Assembly: GCA_026770705.1 (NCBI GenBank)
Contig: JANJGN010000006.1
Location: 24,056,001-24,120,000, forward strand
Direction of reading: 5' to 3'
DNA length: 64,000 nucleotides
Source of the DNA: Isurus oxyrinchus
Lineage: Eukaryota
Shown: in pieces, positions 51,038-62,089 of the stretch
How positions within the stretch are numbered: the stretch's first letter is position 1
Layout: every line of letters starts with the position of its first letter
Made by a program: the position numbers and the translations under genes
The notes under the pieces: model-generated
What the model saw: only the letters and a program-made list of their open reading frames with translations
The model's database searches: none
Told to the model about the DNA's origin: nothing

Positions 51038-53230
51038 GAATACAGCCACAGGAATACAGCCACAGGAATACAGCCACAGGAATACAGCAGCAGGGATACA
51101 GCCACAGGAATACAGCAGCAGGGAATACAGCCACAGGGATACAGCCACAAGGATACAGCAGCAGGAACAGCAGCAGGGAATACAACAGCAGGGAATACAG
51201 CTACAGGGATACAGCAGCAAGGACACAGCCACAGGAATACAGCCACAGGAATACAGCAGCAGGGAATACAGCAGCAGAGAATACAGCCACAAGGATACAG
51301 CAGCAGGGAGTACAGCCACAGGAATACAGCCGCAGGGATACAGCCACAGGAATACAGCAGCAGGGAGTACAACCACAGGAATACAGCAGCAGGGAATACA
51401 GCAGCAGGGATACAGCCACAGGGAATACAGCCATAGGAATACAGCCACAGGAATACAGCAGCAGGGATACAGCCACAGGGAATACAGCCATAGGAATACA
51501 GCCACAGGAATACAGCAGCAGGGATACAGCCACAGGGAATACAGCAGCAGGGAATACAGCCACAGGGAATACAGCCACAGAGAATACAGAAGCAGGGATT
51601 CAGCCACAGGAATATAGCAGCAGGGATACAGCCACAGGAATACAGCAGCAGGGATACAGCCACAGGAATACAGCAGCAGGGATACAGCAGCAGGGATACA
51701 GCAGCAGGGATACAGCAGCAGGGATACAGCCACAGGAATACAGCAGCAGGGATACAGCCACAGGAATACAGCAGCAGGGATACAGCAGCAGGGAATACAA
51801 CCACAGGAATACAGCAGCAGGGATACAGCCACAGGAATACAGCAGCAGGGATGCAGCAGCAGGGATACAGCCACAGGAATACAGCAGCAGGGATACAGCC
51901 ACAGGAATACAGCAGCAGGGAATACAACCACAGGAATACAGCAGCAGGGAATACAGCAGCAGGAATACAGCCACAGGAATACAGCAGCAGGGATACAGCC
52001 ATGGGAATACAGCAGCAGGGAATACAACCACAGGAATACAGCAGCAGGGATACAGCCACAGGAATACAGCAGTAGGGATACAGCCATGGGAATACAGCAG
52101 CAGGGAATACAACCACAGGAATACAGCAGCAGGGATACAGCCACAGGAATACAGCCACAAGAATACAGCAGCAGGGAGTACAGCCACAGGAATATAGCAG
52201 CAGGGATACAGCCATAGGAATACAGCAGCAGGGATACAGCCACAGGAATACAGCCACAGGAATACAGCAGCAGGGATACAGCCACAGGGAATACAGCCAT
52301 AGGAATACAGCCACAGGAATACAGCAGCAGGGATACAGCCACAGGGAATACAGCAGCAGGGAATACAGCCACAGGGAATACAGCCACAGAGAATACAGAA
52401 GCAGGGATTCAGCCACAGGAATATAGCAGCAGGGATACAGCCACAGGAATACAGCAGCAGGGATACAGCCACAGGAATACAGCAGCAGGGATACAGCAGC
52501 AGGGATACAGCCACAGGAATACAGCAGCAGGGATACAGCAGCAGGGAATACAACCACAGGAATTCAGCAGCAGGGATACAGCAGCAGGGAATACAACCAC
52601 AGGGATACAGCCACAGGAATACAGCAGCAGGGATACAGCAGCAGGGATACAGCCACAGGAATACAGCAGCAGGGATACAGCCACAGGAATATAGCAGCAG
52701 GGAATACAACCACAGGAATACAGCAGCAGGGAATACAGCAGGAATACAGCCACAGGAATACAGCAGCAGGGATACAGCCACAGGAATATAGCAGCAGGGA
52801 ATACAACCACAGGAATACAGCAGCAGGGAATACAGCAGGAATACAGCCACAGGAATACAGCAGCAGGGATACAGCCATGGGAATACAGCAGCAGGGAATA
52901 CAACTACAGGAATACAGCAGCAGGGAATACAGCAGCAGGAATACAGCCACAGGAATACAGCAGCAGGGATACAGCCACAGGAATACAGCCACAGGAATAC
53001 AGCAGCAGGGAGTACAGCCACAGGAATACAGCAGCAGGGATACAGCCACAGGAATACAGCCACAGGAATACAGCGGCAGGGATACAGCCACAGGAATACA
53101 GCCACAGGAATACAGCGGCAGGGATACAGCCACAGGGAATACAGCTACAGGAATACAGCCACAGGAATACAGCGGCAGGGATACAGCCACAGGAATACAG
53201 CCGCAGGGATACAGCAGCAGGGATATAGCA
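51038..53230. repeat. 2.2-kb minisatellite of 14-15 bp units (gg[a/g]atacagccaca / gg[a/g]atacagcagca)
   Basis: Seen directly, roughly 150 units. Confidence 0.98.
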
Positions 53231-54059
53231 CTTTCCAACTGCAGCAACAACTCCCACTCAGACAACAACAAGCTGCATCTGAGCCCAATCAGGAAGCTGT
53301 AATTTGCACAGCCCGGGCATGGGTGTGAATCACTTGTACATATTGTTCACTATTGTGAATAAACTCCCAAGAATGTCTCCCTGCCTATGGCTCCTCCCTC
53401 TGATAAGTGTTCGTGTCACTCAGATGATAAACCTTTCTGCACAAGATAAAGGCAGGTGTCACAGTCCAGGGTCTCTTCCCTGAGCAGTGAGTAACCTTCA
53501 GAGCAAAATGGTGGCCTGGCTTCTCACTCACTGGAAAAGTTTGTGATGCCTGCACCTCGACGGTGCTGGTCATTGCTGCCAGAATGCCGTGGGCAGGCGG
53601 CACAGAGTACCATCATTCTCTCTGTGTGCTCTCAGCACGTTTGAGATGGGGCTGTCCCACCATCTGTTCAGCATCTGTGACCGGTGACATTGTGCTCCTG
53701 AAGGAGTCAGGTGCTGAATGCGGACAAAGGATCAGGTGCATTTAAAGTTTCACAGCTGCATCTCTATGATATGACCCTGATCACAGAGCGCAAGCGAGCT
53801 GCCCTTGTCCCGATAGGAGTCAAACATTCACAGAGGCCATGTGAGGATCTATGGAGTGACCTCACTGCATGTCCTCGTCATCCTCCTGGGAACTAGCGAC
53901 TGTTAGGGCCTCCGTTGCGTCTCTATGACAGGACCCTGAGCACTGAGGGTGTGTGCGCTGCCATCAGCCACACAGGAGTCAAACATTCACAGATGCAAGG
54001 TGAGGATGTCAGGACTGTCCTCACTGCTTCCCATTACCATCCTCCACAAATTTTGCAGC

Positions 54060-55490
54060 TATGAAGGCCTCCCGAGCGCTCCTACCTTGTCTGGCCAGTG
54101 TGATGACCTCATGGTCGGCATTCTCGCCTTCGAGGACCTCATCATCGTCATCCCCTTCCATGTCCTCCTCATTGGAGGAGACATGCAGCTCTCCCATCAC
54201 CCCCTCAGCCAGGTTCCCCCCTCACCATTGCAGCACAAGGCTGTGTAGCGCGCAGCAAGCTACAATGATGTGAAACACCCTCTGGGGGCAGAATTGCAGT
54301 GCTCCACCAGACCTGTCGAATCAGTGGAACCTCATTTTCAAGATGCCTATTGTTTGCTCCACCAAAGCCTGGGTCGCGGCATGAGCCTCATTATCCCATC
54401 GCTCTGTTGCAGTCTGAGGCCGCCGCACACCTCCCTCAAGATGAGGGCTGGCAGAGCCTGCTGAGCACACAGCTGAAGACCCACAGAGAGCCGTCGCTTG
54501 TAGGTGCCTCACTAGACCCGGGGTCTGTAGACGACACCTGTCATTCCTGCAGATGACAGAACCAGCATCGCCAAAGATTGCACATGTCCAGGGAACTGGT
54601 CAGTCACATTTGCCAGCTGCTGCAGGATTTGGCGTCACAGAGACATGGAGGGCATCCACTGCCTGTGGCCGTGAAATTGACTGTGGCACCCAATTTTTAT
54701 GCCAGTGGTTCCTTCCAGAGCCATGTCATCAGTTCTCTGTGGGTAGCCCTTGTCCCCAAGGAGCCAACCCTGTAGCCTCTGGGGGCCCTGAAAAATGTCA
54801 TGGATCTGAGGCCTGCTAAGGGTGTAGGAGTCAGGGACGCTTCCTGGAATCGTGCACAGACCTGTAGGATCCATTTGTGGTGGTCGCAGACCAGCTGAAG
54901 ATGTGGAAAACCTGAGATCTGTGCAAATCCCAGTGCTCATGCTTCCTGGTTTTCCTGATCTTGGGCAAAATGCAGAAAGTTCTGTGTCTTCACGAAGATT
55001 GCGTCCGAGACCTCATGGAAACACTTGTGCTTGGAGGCTTGCAAGATCCTGCACAGGTTACCTGTGGAGTCCTGGAAGGAGCCACTGACATAAAAATTGA
55101 GTGCCACAGTCACTTTCACAGCCACCGACAGTGGATACCCTCCACTTCCCCGTGGTGCCAAATCCTGCAGCGGGTGGCATATGTGACTGACCAGTTCCCT
55201 AGACATACGCAGTCTTCGACAATGCTGGTTCTCAGTCATCTGCAGGAATGACAGGCTCCGCCTATAGACCCTGGGTCTAGTAAGGTGCCTACAAGCGACA
55301 GCTCTCTGTGGATCTTTGGCTGCATGCTCAGCAGACCCTGCCAGCCCTCATCTTGAGGGAGGTGCTGCTCCCTTTGCTGAGCCAGGCTTCTCCGCCACAC
55401 CCTTCTTCTCCTCTGGTCTCTGTAAGCCATGAGGCATACCGCTAAATCACCAGGCTCCATGATCCTGATGTTCCCCTCCTGCAGGATCAA
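54060..55490 (-). pseudogene. Harbinger (HARBI1-like) transposase pseudogene
   Basis: [61 protein letters not shown]. Confidence 0.9.
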
Positions 55491-57734
55491 AAGGAGAGAC
55501 GCGTGGTTTGGTATATGTGTCCTAAGAACCTCCCTTGGTTAAGTTTGATGTCCCTTTCACACAGGCCAGAGAGTGCTGGACACCAGTTAGATGGTTAGTA
55601 TGTAATGTGCTTCATGGCTGTCTGAAATCCCACCCACCTCCACCCCACTCCACCTGACCGACTGGTGGCAGCTTTGCCCATTGGACTGCATGCTGTGCTC
55701 TCAGCTCAGGCGCAGGCATTCTCCTAATTTGCACCGCAAGGCTGCACTGTTAGCTTGAACCATGAGGAATCCTGGTCCAAACCTTAATAAGGGGGCTGTG
55801 AACACCTCCAGTGAGTGTGCCATGGCCATCTTTCACAAGGGGATTCTACAACTTGCCCAGTTGACCAATTGTTCTGCTGCCCCCTAAAACGCACATTAAT
55901 TTGTGGTCTGCGCCCTAGGGGTGAAAGGTTCTGGACCATTTGGTGGCACTTTCATGCTTTTATGTTGCTCGAGTGGGCAGAAAAGCTTCAGAGGCCCGAC
56001 TCCAAGCATGTCAATGGAGCTGCAGCTGAACGGTCCCAGCTGCGGAAGGATGCTCACTTTTGACAAGTTTTTCTAAGTTCGTGGGCACTTCCCTCACCCC
56101 TCCCTCCCTCCCTCTCATCCCCCACTCCACTGACATCTGCTCCTCGTGTATTCCCTTCAGCCTGCGCTGCCTGGCACCAGCCCCCTCCCCTCCCCCCACC
56201 CCACCCCACCAGCCTCATCCGCATTGGAGCCCCTTTCCTGTCACCGCATTGAAAGCTAACTGGGTAAATGTGACTTGCCTGTGCCCCCACAGGAGGCACA
56301 GCACCTCTTCCTTGATGTCTTATGGGCGATGCTCATGAGCGCTGTGCAAGTCTGTGTGCACTCACCTCCGAGTTCCCCTCGAAGTTCAGCTCGCCAGGTG
56401 CATGCCTTTTAAAGGCAGATGTGAAGCGTGTCGTTCTGAAGTCATCCTGACGTAGATGATAAATTTGACACGGAGGGCTGATTCCAGCGTGAGGGCACAA
56501 TAATGAAATGCCATGCATTAAAATTAAGTTCCCGACGTCAGATGGTAGGAAACGCGGGCCCACCATTGATGGGCAGAGTGGACGATCACAAACCGGTTTC
56601 ATGATGGCATGAAACCAATTTTTGGCCTTCTTGCCAACTGTCTGCTCACGCCCGCCATGATGCCTGCCTCCAATAGTACCAGACGATTCTGCCCAATTCA
56701 ACGAGGGACGAGGGACTCAATACTAAAATGGTGCTATATGACACTGGGAATACTATCCCAATGATTATGTCTATTTCCTCGCTACAACATCTTCGTTAGA
56801 CCTGCTCTTGGTCAACAGTTCACAGGAATTAAGATTGACTAGGTATAATGTACAGAACTCAGAATATATATGTGTTTACTCTATCATATACTTTTGTTGT
56901 TTTTATAATTTGATAGATGCACACACCCAATAAAACTGATACAATCCAAGAAGTGACTCAGAAATGTGGTGCTGCTATGTTAATAGCTTTATTTGAAATT
57001 AGGTCCACCATTGCGTGTACTTCCCCACACTACTCAATAAAAGCACTCCATCCTGGATTGTGCCTAGGAGTGCCAGCTGTCCAGCTCTAACTGCTGCCAG
57101 TACAACCCTTTCTTCAATATTGCTTGATATCTCATCTCTTACCTCTCCTCAACATCTGTGCATCTGAGTTGGTGCCTGTTATTGGTAGCTGTTCAGATGT
57201 ATGGTGCTTTTCAGTTCCAGTGTGGTTTCTATCTGCCCTCTGAAAAGAACATCTGGTACTTTATGAATATATAAACATGAATAATAAGCATATTTATTCA
57301 CTTGAGTACTGAATTGTCATTATAGGCAGTATTAAGTGCAACTGAGGCAAATAATGTGGAAATAATAAAACATGCAATTTGTACTTGCTAGACATTCTGT
57401 GCTTGCTTTCAATCTCCATAGCCTTGAATTCTCTTGTCAAGCAAATCAAAATTAGTCTTCAGTTAAGACCATCTATTCCAATCCCATTTGTCTCTGTTGG
57501 TATCCTTTTATATTCTTCCTTTTTGAACGGAAGGCTCTAAAGCTCAAGGGACTGCTTCAAATCTTTCTTGTTGGCTTGTTGAGCTCCTTATCATTGCAGA
57601 AGGAAAGTAGTAGGTGGCAGGGGAGGGTAGGATGATGCACAATTTCCAAATATCCTGTACAGCTACAGGATCTCAGCTGTGATGCGTTCAAGGGTGGTAG
57701 CTAAGTAGATTCATTTAATGGGACACTGATTTAA

Positions 57735-58000
57735 AACAGAGATGCAAAGGAATTTCTTCTCTCAGAGGGTAGTTAATGTCTGGAATTCTCTACCCCAGAG
57801 AGTTGTGGAGGTTAGATCACTGAAAGTATTTATAGAGGAGGTAGATAGATTTTTAAAATATCGGTGAGTTGAGGACTATGAGGAGCTGGCACAAAAGAGG
57901 AGTTGAGGCCTGGGGCAGATCAGCCATGATCTTATTGAATGATGGGGCAGGCTTGAGGGGCTGAATGGCCTACTCCTGCTCCTATTTCTTATGTTCTTAG
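57735..58000 (+). mobile_element. CR1 3' end
   Basis: RNFFSQRVVNVWNSLPQRVVE, then 3' UTR 'gaatggcctactcctgctcctatttcttatgttctt'. Confidence 0.9.
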
Positions 58001-58584
58001 ACTGGGGCCCTGGTCCTGACATTTATGCATGGGCTTTACCTTTAGAAATGTCTTGCTTATACCATCTATAATGGACAAATTGCTTTGGCAGACAGCACAC
58101 TGCTAAACGCAGTGGGGACTGTACTTGCTCGTTATTGCACTCTTACAATTTATCATCATTGTTACCAGTATTTAATACTAAATATCTGGTTGTCCATTCA
58201 GCAGATCTCAGGGATCCTGCATTGCTTCCAAACTCTTCCCTACTGCAATTGATGGTCGTGCACTTCCATTCCACTCACTTTCTGGCAGGGTTGCTGCCTT
58301 CAGAAATATAGATTCCAGGATCTCTTCTCTCATCGGAATGTAACTGTGTATCCCAGGTTTTCTTCATGCTCAGGAGCTCTGATCTCAAGTGTAAGCAGTC
58401 AAAGATGCTTTCTGCATGTGTGGTCATCTCAGGAACACAAAGCATCCAGGATCTCCCATGCCATGCAGTACCCGTGCACACAATGGCTTCCTCCTGTTTT
58501 AACCTGTTTAGAAGTTTAGAAATTTAATCTCTCAAATTAAATGTATTGGCTAATAATTCCTCAAAGCTGAAAACTCTCTGAATT

Positions 58585-59110
58585 GAGGACTTAGTGAGTA
58601 AAGGCATCACCCTGTGTAACACCACAGATAGAAGGCCCTGGTCGAATTCCTGATTTGTGTAGAGTTAGCCGATCTAGGCCAGGGCACTGCAATTGGTCTC
58701 AGTGCTCCTGGGCTGGGAAGAGGAAAATCCATCTTATTCCTGTTCTCTGTCCAATGCCGGAAGTTCCATGAGTATGGATATTCTTTACACAAAGAGTTGG
58801 TAGACCATCCTTCAAGGAAACTAAAGATAAACAACTAACCAGAGGAAAATACAGGACCTTAGGGAGCATGCAGGGCAGTGGGATTAGTTTTGGGTTGCTC
58901 CAGCAAAGAATAGGCACAGTCGTGATGGGGCAATTCGCCTACAGTGTTGTAAATCTCAATGGTCCTATGATTGGGAACAGAGTTAAGCCAAGTTATGATG
59001 CCCTCCAGCCAGCTCACCAGCACAAATGAGAAATGGTTGACTTGTGCAAAATATTAGAAACTGCATCTACTTGAACTGTATCCCAGCAAAAGTTAACACT
59101 TTCAAGAAAG
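58585..59110 (+). mobile_element. LF-SINE-like element interrupted by a CR1 3' tail (about 58790-58970)
   Basis: 'gaaggccctggtcgaattcctgatttgtgtagagttagccgatct...gtctcagtgctcctgggct' resembles the LF-SINE head. Family assignment is from memory. Confidence 0.45.
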
Positions 59111-59399
59111 GGGTGGGGGACAAAAGGGGCAAAGATGTTGTCATTGTTAATGGATTGTGCAGTGGGCAGCACTCACAGTTTAAAACTTGTGTGGTATTGT
59201 TCAGTTGGCCTTAGGAGTCGATAAAAAACATTTCTGAGATTGGTTGTTAAATCACATTATTAGCGAGGAGCTTTACATGCTTGCTAACACATGCTGTACC
59301 TGACCTGGGAATGCATAAAGCTGCATAGAAGCAGCCCAAAATATTCAGATAAATAAAAGATGTCAGTCTGCATACAACAAAATAATTTCAAATATTTCA

Positions 59400-59592
59400 C
59401 TTTCAACCAATATCACTAAAACAGATAACATGTTCATCTTCATATTGCTGTTTCTGGGAGCTTGCTGTGTGAAAATTGGCTGTTGCTTTTCCTACATTAA
59501 AGTGACTACACTTCTAAAAGTACTGGTTGTAAGATGTTTTGGGATGTACAGAGGTTATGCAAGGTGCTAGATAAGTACAAGTCTTCCTTTTG
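59400..59592 (+). mobile_element. DeuSINE 3' half
   Basis: 'attgctgtttctgggagcttgctgtgtgaaaattggctg...tttcctacatt' and a matching tail. Confidence 0.7.
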
Positions 59593-59936
59593 AAAATTGC
59601 AGACAAAGGAACTTCATACAAATATATTAAGTACTTGTAGCCTAATGTTGCATTTCAAGATCCACATTTGTATTACATAACTTTGCTGTACAAGCATATT
59701 GCATCAATTGCTACTCCTGCTGCAGAAGAATCCCACTTGTGTTCACTTGCGCTTCAATAGCAATACCAGTATGCTTCTGAGAGCAGCTGTGCCTTGCAAT
59801 CTGAACAAACCTATAAACTCTGCCTACGCTAGCATTTTACCATGGGACTGTGTTGTAGGATGGCTGAGTTGTACTATGAATGAAAGAGGTGATCTGCAGA
59901 CACTTCTTGGGTGGAAACATTAAATTTATTTACGAT

Positions 59937-61497
59937 ATACAGGAAATAGGGTTTTCAGATAAGAGGAGGTAGGATGGAAAGAGGTAAAAGAGGAGAGGGT
60001 ATCGCAATATTGATCAAGGAATCAATTACAGCAGTAAGGAGGGATGACATCTTAGAAGGCTCTTCAAATGAAGCCATATGGGTACAACTGAAAAACAAAA
60101 AAGGAGCAATCACATTGCTGGGAGTGTGCTATAGGCCCCTAAACAGTCAGAGAGAAATAGACGAGCAGATATATAGGCAAATTTCAGAGAAGTTTAAAAA
60201 TAATAGGGTGGTAATAGTGGGGGATTTCAACTTCCCTAACATTAACTGGGTTAGTCATAATGTGATAGATTTAGCGTGAGCAGAATTCTTAAAATGCATC
60301 CAGGAGAGCTTTTTAAGCCAGTACGTAGAAGGTCCGACAAGAGAGTGGGCGGTCCTGGACTTAATTTTCGGGAATGAAGCGGGGCAAGTGGTAGAGGTAT
60401 CAGTGGGGGAACATTTTGCAGATAGTGATCATAACTCCGTTAGATTCAAGGTTGTTATGGAAAAGGACAAGGATTGGCCAGAAATCAGAGTTCTAAATTG
60501 GGGGAAGGTCGATTTTAATAAGATCAGGTATGATTTGGCCAGAGTGGACTGAGAGCAGCTACTTTTAGGTAAATCTGCATCAGAGCAGTGAGACTCAGTC
60601 AAGAAGGAAATAGGGAGAGTACAGGGCCAACATATTCCAGTAAAGACAAAGGGTGGGTCCAACAAATCCAGGGAACCCTGGATGCCGAGGGATACACAGG
60701 ATTGGATAGAGAGAAAAAGGAGGCTTATGGCAGATACCAAGGGCTCAAAACAGTGGAAGCCCTAGAGGAATATAGAATGATAGAATGTGTAGGGGAGAAC
60801 TTAAAAAAGGAAATTAGGAGAGCAAAAGGGGGCATGAAAAAACATTGGCAGGTAAAATAAAGGAAAATCTAAAGTTATTTTACAAGTACGTTAAGGGTAA
60901 GAGGATAACTAGGGAAAGAGCGGGGCCCATTAAGGACCAAAGTGGTAATTTTTGTGTGGAGCCAGAAGATGTAAGTAAGGTTCTAAATGAATACATTGTG
61001 TCGGTGTTCACAAGCAAGAGGGATGACATGGGTATGGAAATCAGGCAGAAGGACTGTGATATAATTAAATAAATTAGCATAGAAAGGGAGGAGGTTCTAA
61101 GTGGTCTGGCAGGCTTAAAAGTAGATAAATCTCCAGGCCCAGATGAAATATATCCCAGGCTGTTGAGTGAGGCAAGAGACGAGATAGCAGGGGAGCTGGC
61201 AGTAATTTTCAATATCCCTTTGGCCACAGGAGAGGTGCCAGAGGACAGCCAATGTGGTATTGTTATTCAAGAAGGGAGGAAGGGGCAAACTAAGGAACTA
61301 CAGGCCAGACAGTCTAACCTCAGTGGTGGGGAAACTATTGGAAGCAATTCTGAGGGACAGAATTAATCTACGCTTAGAGAGACAGGGATTAATCAAGGAC
61401 AGCATGGTTTTGTTAAGTCAGTTACTTGTTTGACTGGTGCCGACTCGATGGGCCAAAGGGCTTTTTTTCTGTGCTGTAGAAGTCTATGATTCTATAC
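59937..61497 (+). mobile_element. CR1 with endonuclease region, RT largely deleted, 3' tail
   Basis: YRPLNS, VGDFNFPNINW, LDL, SDHN, KSPGPD. Jumps at about 61435 to the 3' UTR 'gatgggccaaaggg...ctatgattcta'. Confidence 0.92.
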
Positions 61498-62089
61498 TCA
61501 GCAGCAACTACACGTGTGCCTTCAACTCCAATTCTATCTCTACACTGACTGCTGAAGTAGCCCGCGCTACTCTCCTATTGGTAACTACAAATCATGTGAT
61601 TGTGTTGTTTAAGTATCAAGAATTGTTCTTAAAGGTACATTACACACTAAATAAAACCATAATTCCTACATTCCTTCCCTATTAACTCGGCTATACACAT
61701 TATATTTACAGGTTTAAATCTTTCAAGACAACAATATTTACACGGGATAAGGAATTTACAAGTTCAGTCTTTCAGGTCGTTTCCTGGTATGTGTGGAACG
61801 TTGCAGCTCCACAACTTCAGTTTCTTTGTCAGGAGCCTCCTTTTCCGGAGTTGCCTGAACATCAGGTGCTTCGGTGGGCACTTGCAGTTCTGTATCCCCA
61901 ACTCATACAGGAACATCAGACATGTCAGTCCTGAGTTGAGTATTCTCAACAGGAAAGGTAGACCTGGTCATGATCACTGGCTGAACCAAATATAGATTTT
62001 TGTCTTCCTCTTCCTTAAATGGTCCACATGTTTCCTGATGATCCAGCCTTCCACCTCCACATGGTAAGATAGAGGTCCAGTCACCGCAT

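Larger units (their letters stand above)
45732..53300 (-). mobile_element. Tx1-clade (L1 group) LINE, resuming at 42440-42512 beyond the CR1
   Basis: ORF1 and ORF2 remnants listed below. The 5' UTR extent beyond 50950 is inferred. Confidence 0.85.
41429..56694. mobile_element. Harbinger/PIF element reconstructed around nested insertions (own sequence about 41429-42000 and 53310-56694)
   Basis: TIRs GGGCGGAATTGTC / GACGATTCTGCCC with flanks gat/aat. Myb ORF on + at 41700-41900 and transposase on - at 54060-55490. Both ends match the single element at 35780-36710. Confidence 0.65.

Noticed and set aside
51038-53230. CRISPR-like array
   Set aside because: No unique spacers, no cas genes, and a eukaryotic context.
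50638-53302. ORFs of 450-550 aa (Cys-rich CCCIP and Gln-rich IQQQ repeats)
   Set aside because: They are translations of the 14-15 bp minisatellite, open in several frames on both strands.
54553-55490. Domesticated host HARBI1 gene
   Set aside because: Frameshifted, rearranged and bounded by TIRs, so it is a transposon remnant.
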